Source: Octopus sinensis (taxonomy: Eukaryota). Taken from it: 64,000 nt of DNA. Every line of letters begins with the position of its first letter. Position 1 is the first letter of the stretch. A program made the translations under genes and the position numbers. Where the stretch lies: NCBI RefSeq assembly GCF_006345805.1, contig NC_043020.1:24180001-24244000 (forward strand), in the 5' to 3' direction. Below, one piece after another: positions 55,429-64,000 of this stretch. The notes beneath the pieces are model-generated. The model worked only from the letters and a program-made list of their open reading frames with translations, did not search any database and was not told the origin of the DNA.

Positions 55429-55496
<68 letters not shown>

Positions 55497-55564
55497 ATAT
55501 CTATCTATCTATCTATCTATTTATCTATCTATCTGTATATATCTATCATCCTATTTATATTTAC

Positions 55565-55600
<36 letters not shown>

Positions 55601-55617
55601 ATATCTATATATCTATA

Positions 55618-55678
<61 letters not shown>
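55420..55678. repeat. (CTAT)n microsatellite, representative of very many (TA)n, (CA)n, (GA)n, (ATT)n, (CATA)n and (CTAT)n tracts across the window
   Basis: Seen directly. Other examples: 10600-10780 (CTAT), 11695-11980 (TA), 33940-34020 (AAT), 37305-37420 (AAT/GAT), 47028-47152 (TA). Confidence 0.98.
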
Positions 55679-55789
55679 CGGCATGGACGGACACTAGTCA
55701 AATGGGCTCCACGTAAGTTGGCCCCTTTTACATGTTTAAAACTCCTTGTTGTGAAATATTTTGTTCTTAATAGTTGTGCAAGATCATTC

Positions 55790-58700
55790 ACTAAAAAATC
55801 TGAGAATTATTCACGTAGGATTCCGCCCCTGTATGGGCGAAATTACCAAAAGTTTCAAAACTTTCGTGGTTTCTTTTTAGCCATTTTTCATTTTTGAAAA
55901 TGGCAACTGGAAACAACGTGACGAGCCCGCCAGTCATGCAGAACGGTAGCGAAACACTATTTCTACCATTAGCTGCTAAACCTCGCAGCTTGAACACCGC
56001 TGTCAGCACCACCACCACTACCAACAACAACAACAACAACAAAATTAACGTCGCAAGACCATTCACCATCGCCGCCACCAAAGACATTAACTTAGATTTT
56101 CCCCACTCCCTACACCACTTGTCGATGAAAGAAGGACGGAGAAAGGGATTTCAAAAACGATTACAGACTCAAACATGAATGCCAGTACCACCACCAACAA
56201 CAACAACGAAATCAGCACAAAGCGCCTACCAAAGACAACACCAACACCACTACCACGACTTCAACTGCTACAACTAACTCCACTGCCACTAATACCAACC
56301 AAAAATAGAACAAACTTCGCGGAAGCCATAAAACAAAAACGGTCAATCGTAAAATTTACCGCACAGGAAATAAACCTCACAAAGGCACTGGATCTCAAAG
56401 TAAAGACAATATTCGTAGACCCGAAGGGTAGACTGGTCGTCCTGGATGTCGACAGCAGCAATGGGTGCGGTTTTCGACTCGTATCAGTCTACGCACCGCC
56501 TTTAACAGGTCGGACGGATTTCTTTCAACGTCTAGAAGTATTCATGGGAACGTCTCGTCCTTTACTCTTAGTGGGGGATTGGAATGCTACCTTGGACACG
56601 CATGTAGATTACGTGGGCAGAGATAGGAATAGAAGGGGATGCAAATGCCTCAGAGACCTGCTCAGACGCTTTCAACTGTCTGACAGGTACCGACTCGACC
56701 ACCCGAATGCGCCAACGTGGACATGGAGCAACCGCATCGGGTCGTCGAAACCGTATCTAGATAGGATACTGTGTAGGACAGTAGATAGAGATAGCGTAGG
56801 ATGTTCATAATTCCACATAGTCAGCTACACGGATCACAAACTTGTGACATGTACGCTAGACTTAGGTATGACACATAGGCAGGGATACTGGAAGCTAAAC
56901 GCGTCTTTCCCATCGAGACAGGTTTTCAGAGACCGGATTAGCACACTAGTAAAGAGGGCTTTGACGGGAGCCATCATCAACAACAAATGGTGGTTTGCCC
57001 TCAAGAGAGCAGTAAAAGCAGAAGCGATTAAGTATGGCAAAGCACTATCCATAGATAGAAACATAGTAGAGGGTGAGCTAGTTAAGAAGCTAGAAGAGGC
57101 AATTAGAAGCGGCATCGCATCCGACGTTTTGGCGGCGAGGTTGGCCCTCGACCAACACTTCAACGCCAAACACGAAGGTTGTGTTGTCAGAGGTAGGATG
57201 CGTGCTCTAAGGAACGAAGGTGTTGGAGCCGTGAGAGAGGCCCGGGTGGCAGAGGCGCAATAGGGCAACAAAGCCACCATTCGGTCTCTGGTAGATGAAC
57301 AGGGGCGCGAATTGCGCGAGCCAAGTAAAATGTGTGAGGCCTTTCAGCAGCATTTTACCCGACTGTTCGGGACGAGTGGCGGGCAAGAAGAACGTAAGGT
57401 GGATTCAGTGCCTACATACACAGCCTACCACGACTCTCGACAAGAGAGGCAAGACGCTGCGAAGGTGCCATCACGGCGGCGGAAGTGCAAGACGCGATGG
57501 CAGGATGCTCGAGGGACAAATCGCTGGGTTTGGATGGTCTACCCTACGAGCTTTACAGTTATATGCCAGACTTGTTTGGAGACGTCTTGGCAGCGGTGTA
57601 CTGCAACTGGCAGCGGTGTACTGCAACTGGCAGCAAAACGGGAGTATTCCTGGTTTTGTGAGCCAAGGAGCCGTAACACTGCTGAAGAAGGATCTAAACA
57701 AGGGGAATGTAATAGATAACTTTAGGCCCATCACTCTGCTTAATGCAGACTTGAAAATTTTGGCCAAGGTGTTAGCCAAGAGGTTGGCGCTTGTCATCGA
57801 GAAACTGGTCGACAAGGCGCAAACGTGCGCTGTGCCGGGTCGGAGCATCCATGACAACCTTCACCTGATGAGCTACATCATAGACAGGGTAGTTAATGAA
57901 CCTGGCATGGGTGGTGCGCTGATCAATTTGGATCAATCGAAAGCTTTCGATAGGGTAGACCATCGATACTTGGAGGCTGTCCTCAGAGCGGCTGGTTTCG
58001 GTCCCGTCTTCCACGGCTTGATAGCTGCTTTGTACAGAGGCATCCGTTCGGTAATTCGCGTACATGGACATCATACCGAGATTTTCGACATCGCACGTTC
58101 GGTCCGTCAGGAATGCCCCCTCTCGTCGCTTCTCTACGTATTGATTCTCGAGCCATTATTATGGAAGCTTGCAACTCTGAGAGGCATCCCACGAGAATTG
58201 GGATGCGGGACGAGCATGTCTGCATACGCGGACGACGTCACCGTCATAGTGTCTAGCCACGAGCACATCGAGCGTGTCGGCGAGACACTGAAAGACTACG
58301 AAGCGGTGACAGGAGCGAAAATCAACCAGGAAAAATCAGTGGGCTTGCGACTCGGCACTTGGAGAAGCAAGCCCATGCTGTCCACCAACGCCTCCGTCGT
58401 GGGACGCTGGACCGACAGTCCGGTCGAGTTGCTTGGGGTCTGGTTTGGTCCGGACCTCCAATTGGAGAAAAACTGGAACGAGATAACGAGCAGGGTGGTC
58501 ACTCTCGCCCGGCAATGGGCAGAGAGGAAACTGTCCCTAAAAGGTCGGGCGGAGGTGGCGAACTCGTACATCGCGTCCGTCATCTACTACCGCCTGACCG
58601 TCGTGGCCAAACTAGAACGCATTCTCTTTCGCTTCTAGTGGAAAGGATGCGTCCCGATGGTCAGGCGATCCATTAGCTGTCAACACCCGTAAAAGGGAGG

Positions 58701-59037
58701 ACCGGGCATGCCGTGGTTGATGATGCGCAGACACGCGCTGAGACTGCGACATCTCAGGCTCTACGTAGACGACGGTGAACAGGTGTGGTCGCCGTTTGTG
58801 AGGCACGCTTTCCCGCAACTTGTCGCCATGACCGAACTGCATCGTGGATCAAAAAGAGGCCGAGAAAGGGCGAATGGCACCGCGCGTGTCGCGTTGCTCT
58901 CAAGCAACTCTGCCGTCCCGGGTCGACCTTGAGTGACTTCAACACGACCCAAGCATTCTATAGGAGATTAGTGGAGGGGAGGTACGATGACAAGCTCGGG
59001 GCGAACCTGGACGTCAACGAGGAATACCTGACCCGCC
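55790..59037 (+). mobile_element. Decayed L1/Tx1-type non-LTR retrotransposon (APE endonuclease + reverse transcriptase), internally deleted and 3'-truncated
   Basis: APE motifs GRLVVLD, VSVYAP, LLVGDWN, TWTW, YLDRI, DHK, GYWKLN (56400-56900). RT motifs NFRPITLLNADLKILAKVLAKRL, LDQSKAFDRVDH, SVRQECPLS, SAYADDVT, GAKINQEKS (57715-58340). Stops at 56808, 57261 and 58636 plus frameshifts. Ends are approximate. Confidence 0.95.
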
Positions 59038-59339
59038 AGGTCAGAGTAGACAGAATAGGTTGTTCCGCCCAGTACACTGTGGACATTGCAGAAGACCATA
59101 TGCTAGAGTAGCACCAACATTTTTATACGTAAGGTTTCAAACACCAAGCTAAGTCATTGGCCGATGGCGGCAACCAAGCCAAAACCTCCGGTTCACTATG
59201 TCTTCTTTGTAAATATATTTAGTATAAAACTGAAACTGAACCTAAAACAGAATATTCTGTGACATTCGATTTCCTTAGTTCTTGTTCAAAGTTTATTTCG
59301 CCGACTTTCTTCCATTTTCTATACGTCCTTTTATCGTTA

Positions 59340-61030
59340 TACGAGTTGTAAACACACTCACACACATTGTCAGTACTATATCGGAGCTGTGGTGCTTTTC
59401 AAATTTTCCATGACTTGTGAGATGTTGACCACGTTATTACCTTATGAATGTTAATATCTGTGCTGGTCGAGTGAATACGTGAGTCCAGGTACCAGAAATC
59501 GACAACTGACCCAATGGGCTCTGAGTAAAGTATAAGACCAGTCACACCAGCATGTTCACCAATGATTACGGTCTTTGTCTTTGAGTGGTTTATTGTGAGA
59601 CCAACTTCATTGGTAGCTGACTCCAGGTTTGTGAAGGGAGGTTGAGCATTTGAAATAGTATGAGAAACAAGAGTGTGATAACATCTGCAAAGTCGTGGCC
59701 AGTGATGTACGATGCTTTATGACCTGAACCTTGGCAGGGACGGAGAGATGTGTCTAGTTCAAATTCCATATCGTGCTGTAGTGCATTGTCCAAGATGATA
59801 TTGAAGAAGAAAGGCGCCAAGGTGTCTCTTTGGAGAACTCACGTGTTGACAGCGAATGTGTCAGTGTCTCCGTCAAGAGAGTATAGGAAATTCTGCAGCT
59901 AGCATAGGTAGCACGGATAGCATTGACAGCATCATTTGGTACGTCATCGGCAACCGGAAACATTTACCCGTGATGGATAGTCAAAAGCTTTGGTGAAATC
60001 CACAAAGATGGTTGAGATGGTTTCAGTGAGTTGACGAAGAGTTAAGATAATAGGCGTAGGAGTGACTGTGTGGCAAGTACCTTGCTTACCAACCACATGG
60101 TTCCGGGTTCAGTCCCACTGCGTGGCACCTTGGGCAAGTGTCTTCTACTATAGCCTCGGGTCGACCAAAGCCTTGTCAGTGGATTTGATAGACAGAAACT
60201 GAAAGAAGCTCGTCGTATATATGTATATAAATATGTATGTATGTATTTGTGTGTGTATATGTTTGTCAGCCTTTGTTTGTTCCCCCAACATCGCTTGAAA
60301 ACGGATGCTGGTGTGTTTACGTCCCCGTCACTTAGTGGTTCGGCAAAAGAGAACGATAGAATAAGTACTAGGCTTACAAAGAATAAGTCCTGGGGTCGAT
60401 TTGCTCGACTAAAGGCGTGACCACAGTCAAATGACTGAAACAAGTAAAAGAGTATAAGTTTAAGATACGAGTTTGCGAAGACCGTTTTCGCTTGAGCAGA
60501 TTAGTGTTTCGATGGGGTTTCGGATGCGAGTGCGCATGACATGGTAGGCTGATCATAACGTCAAATTAGTGCCACGTCACGAGCCGTATCTTCATACATC
60601 CCCCTGTTCCGTGTTACAGTGGAATCTGTTTGGCTCTACGGCTCTGAATGCTGGTCTCTTACGGCGGCCCAACAGTGATCACTAGACGCTCATCTCGACT
60701 TCTACGCAAGGCCTTTAATATTTCTTATGCCGACTATATATCAAACAAATTACTATATGGATTTTTTCCTCACGTCAACCAATCAAACAAAGAAGGCTCA
60801 AATTCACAGGCCATTGTATTCATCGATCAACAGATCAACCTGTCACTATGATCCCCCCCTATAACCACGTGGGGCGTTCAAGTCTGATGATCAAGCCCCA
60901 TTACATATATCCGGGAACTTATGTGGGACACAGTACTGAACACTGTCTCTGGGTTGGAATGTACAAAGTCATCTGGCAGAGACAGGAGGGAAATTTGTTC
61001 TCGAGTTGGAGACTACGTCCATAGTTGATG
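59340..61030. mobile_element. Decayed RTE-clade LINE with an inverted 5' part (RT core on minus, C-terminus on plus), interrupted by a SINE
   Basis: Minus: IRNPIETLICSSENGLRK (60470-60530), IFVDFTKAFD (~59980-60010), GVLQRDTLAPFFFNIILD, HDFADVITLL, EVGLTINHSKTK. Plus: FRVTVESVWLYGSECWSLT (60607-60663), RLLRKAFNISYADYISNKLLYG. Confidence 0.85.
60052..60458 (+). mobile_element. Full-length bipartite CORE-type tRNA SINE (family C) with an internal microsatellite and an 8-bp TSD
   Basis: GGCGTAGGAGTGACTGTGTGG...GGTTCAGTCCC...ACCTTGGGCAAGTG (CORE-like), internal (TA/TG)n and an AAGTAAAAGAG tail. TSD TTAAGATA at 60042-60049 and 60460-60467. Confidence 0.9.
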
Positions 61031-61297
61031 TGGAGTAGACTAAGAAAGATCAATACCACATACTTAAGGCATGTGCTTAAACGCCAGAAGCTGCAGTTCT
61101 TTGCCCTAAAAGATTGCTTAAAAAAAACACATAGTCTTGAAAAAACAACGCATATATGTTAACTGGTATCGATAACGTTTCCATAATAGAATTGCTCTAT
61201 TGCAAAATCCGAATGAATATATATACAGACACAGGTATACATATATACATACATACATACATACATACATACATACATACATACATACGTACATACA

Positions 61298-61329
<32 letters not shown>

Positions 61330-62261
61330 CATCAGTGATGACTCCGGCACTCAGGGTATTCGGGCTTTGTCCGAGTATAAATTTAGTAAAGTGGACGTGT
61401 ATTTGCAAACTGATTTAATTTCTGCCAACACTGACTTCAAGTATGTAATTTCAGTCAATAACTCGGGCTCCTTTTATCAAGCCTGGTTTTAATTCATTTA
61501 TTTCCGTTCAACGTCTGATGGTCGTCTTAGAGATGCCCTGTGTCAAAAAATATCATTCGTAGCATACGTTCTCTCGACATGTCTCACATGCGCCTGACTC
61601 GGACTCAGAAGCTACACCCCGAGTTGTTATCTATAAACGAAAATATTAAAAATAACTAAAATTCAATGTTTTCTTGAAACAATAAATTTCTATAGCGATT
61701 AGGATTTAAATTCCAATCTATGAAATGTTTCCGTTCTAAAATATTCTTAAAGGAAGGAAAAGTTATTCACCAACTCGGGCTAATATGAACGAGCCTGGTA
61801 GGTGTAAAAGACTAACTGGCATCCCTTGTCAAGAGTACAGGCAACAGAGAGATTGCTGATGTTTGTTGTGAACTCAGCTGTAATTTGATTGCTGTTATTT
61901 TGTGTATAAAGACCAGTTGTGCTTTGCAGGGTTGCTTTATTTTTAACCTTAACTTGGAAATGGAGAAAGACGTAGTGCTAGATATTAAAAAAATAAGTCC
62001 TTTGGGGCTAGAAATAAAGAGAGCAGGCAATTGTCTTATGGGAAATTTGTGACGAGCTCGAGTAACGCTGATGACCTGGGGTCGCCTCTGATACACACAC
62101 ACATACATACACACACATATATAAGCATACATATAAATATATATACACACACATACATATATATGCACATATACACACGCACATATGTAAACACACATAC
62201 ACACCTACATACATACGCACACACAATAACAAAATGAACCGTCGTGGAAGAGGCGTTTTAC

Positions 62262-62421
62262 CTTTCTTATTACTTGGAAGTCATTCTTAATGTCTTTCAT
62301 CTTTTCTCTACCGATTGTCATCAAAAATCCCTCTGACGGGGCAAAGACACTGATATTGGTGGTCTCATCTTTGGCCTGCGACAAGAATTCTGGATCTAGG
62401 GAAAGGATCTCGTAGAATTCC
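62262..62421 (-). CDS. Internal coding exon A of a multi-FAS1 (fasciclin-domain) protein gene
   Basis: Minus strand: poly-T tract ttttcag|G GAA TTC ... ATA AGA AAG|gtaaaa. 160 nt (phase 2 to phase 0), EFYEILSLDPEFLSQAKDETTNISVFAPSEGFLMTIGREKMKDIKNDFQVIRK. SVFAPSE resembles the FAS1 H1 motif (TxFAPxN/D). Splices in frame to the exon at 45872. Confidence 0.9.
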
Positions 62422-63035
62422 CTGAAAAAAAAAAAAAAAAAAAAAAACAAAAGTGTTGAAAAAACAGAAACTTTAAGAAAAAAGGAATTAAATTTAAGGT
62501 CATAAATTAAAATTACCAAATTAATCATAAGTTAGTAATAACTATAATTAGTAATAACTATTCATTAATGAATTTTTGGGTTGATGAGTTTATATTGTGT
62601 GCGAAACAACTAATATTGTTGACTAAAATATAAGGAAGAGATTTTCACTTGTTAGGCTCTGGGTAGGAAACATCGGTTCGAGGCTGGAACTGATAAAAAT
62701 GTCGTAAATTTAGGTCTAAACGACCTACCATAGTTATTTCCAGCGCTGGTTTTATTTCAAACCCTAATGTCTATAGTTTATATCACTCATTAATCCAGAG
62801 TCTAAAATTACTTCAGTGTCTTGTAATGTCACTCATTTGTACAATACCTTCGGTACTCCTCTGTCTAATGCTGAAGTCACACATTTACTTGACCAGTCCC
62901 CAACATTCATTATGCATGTCCATGTCACTCTTCAGTCCATGTTTATAACACTCATCTATTCGTTACCTATATCACACTTTCTTTTTGGTCTGTAGCAGTT
63001 ATCTGTCTATTACCTATATAACCCGTCTGCTTAGC

Positions 63036-63087
<52 letters not shown>

Positions 63088-63198
63088 TATATATAGTTAA
63101 TCCAAACATGAAAACACAAAGAGAAAACACAACAACGCAAGAACGTGGAACAGGTATAGTGTTACTGGACGATCAGGAAAGGAAAGAAAGAAAGAGGA

Positions 63199-63231
63199 TT
63201 TAACGTTTCGAGTGGAGGTGTTCGTCAGAAA
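63199..63231 (-). ncRNA. Minimal hammerhead-like motif in a ~200-bp repeat (63097-63310)
   Basis: Minus: UUU-CUGACGA-A-cacctccactc-GAAA-CG-UU-AAA. Core intact, stem II damaged. Confidence 0.45.
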
Positions 63232-63319
63232 CATAGGAAAAGGAAAGATCCAAGGAAGGGAAGACGGAGGGAAAAATCGCCAACGATACACACGCGGTCA
63301 CATATTGAATATATATTAA

Positions 63320-63630
63320 GTGTAAAGACTTCCTTCGGTCATATATGAGTATGTGATTGCATCTGAAAAGTTACCTTCCGTGGCACAAGTCCGAGCAAGA
63401 GTGTTTATAGAAGCCACCAGCCACCCCTCTCCAAGTCACTGATGATATCTGAGAGAAAGGCAAAGGGGCAGATACAGCTTGGCACCAGTAACTTGGCAAC
63501 TCATTTCTACACCTTAGTGAACTGGAGCAATATGAAATAAAGTGTCTTGCCAAAGAACACAACACAAAGCCTCGTCTAGGAATAGAACTCACTGCTTCGT
63601 GATTGGGAACACGACGCTCTTACCACTGAG
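63320..63630 (-). mobile_element. Second copy of the 45420-45710 SINE family
   Basis: CCTTCGGTCAT...GGAAAGGCAAAGG..GATACAGCTTG.CACCAGT...TTTCTACA is shared. Confidence 0.75.
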
Positions 63631-63694
63631 GAAACAACTTCCAGAGCTATTGTGTAATATGCATAACATAATACGCCTGACTGTACCGCCTTTG

Positions 63695-63730
<36 letters not shown>

Positions 63731-63942
63731 GCTAAATTTGGTGGCTAATTTAAGCAATGTGTTCGTGGATGGTTAATGGATCGGAGTAACAATTCTTGAA
63801 ATATGCCTATAGACGCATAATCTTTTTTTTTCTATCTTTGATGGCATTGTTTGCATAGACGTATTCGTATATGTAAAGTCGTAACTTTTAGTGTTGGCTC
63901 TGATTTCTACAGAATATCTGTAGAGATAAGTTTAAAAAATTA

Positions 63943-63989
<47 letters not shown>

Positions 63990-64000
63990 ATTATATAATA

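Noticed and set aside
57295-58638. Functional reverse transcriptase gene
   Set aside because: The ORF start is off-frame, it is flanked by stops and frameshifts, the QG motif is mutated to QE, and the element is truncated.

Overview
Eukaryotic, very AT-rich, microsatellite-saturated genomic DNA. The SINE and LINE repertoire matches what I recall for coleoid cephalopods, most likely Octopus; this is an inference, not a database result. The window lies almost entirely within introns of one minus-strand gene encoding a protein with tandem fasciclin (FAS1) domains. Four coding exons, three of them missed by the ORF track, join in frame with canonical GT-AG sites (62421-62262, 45872-45743, 38224-38071, 2550-2385) across introns of about 16.4, 7.5 and 35.5 kb. 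The introns hold a decayed L1/Tx1-type LINE, RTE fragments (one with a twin-priming-type 5' inversion), R4/Dong-like 3' ends, a mariner remnant, hAT-type MITEs and dozens of tRNA-derived SINEs. The most unusual signal is a set of type I hammerhead ribozyme motifs of the Penelope (pLTR) kind. Two have an intact catalytic core with a greatly extended stem II and lie on the host gene's sense strand about 0.5 kb apart. Two long palindromes are built from head-to-head hammerhead-like units. Almost all ORFs in the supplied track are microsatellite artefacts.
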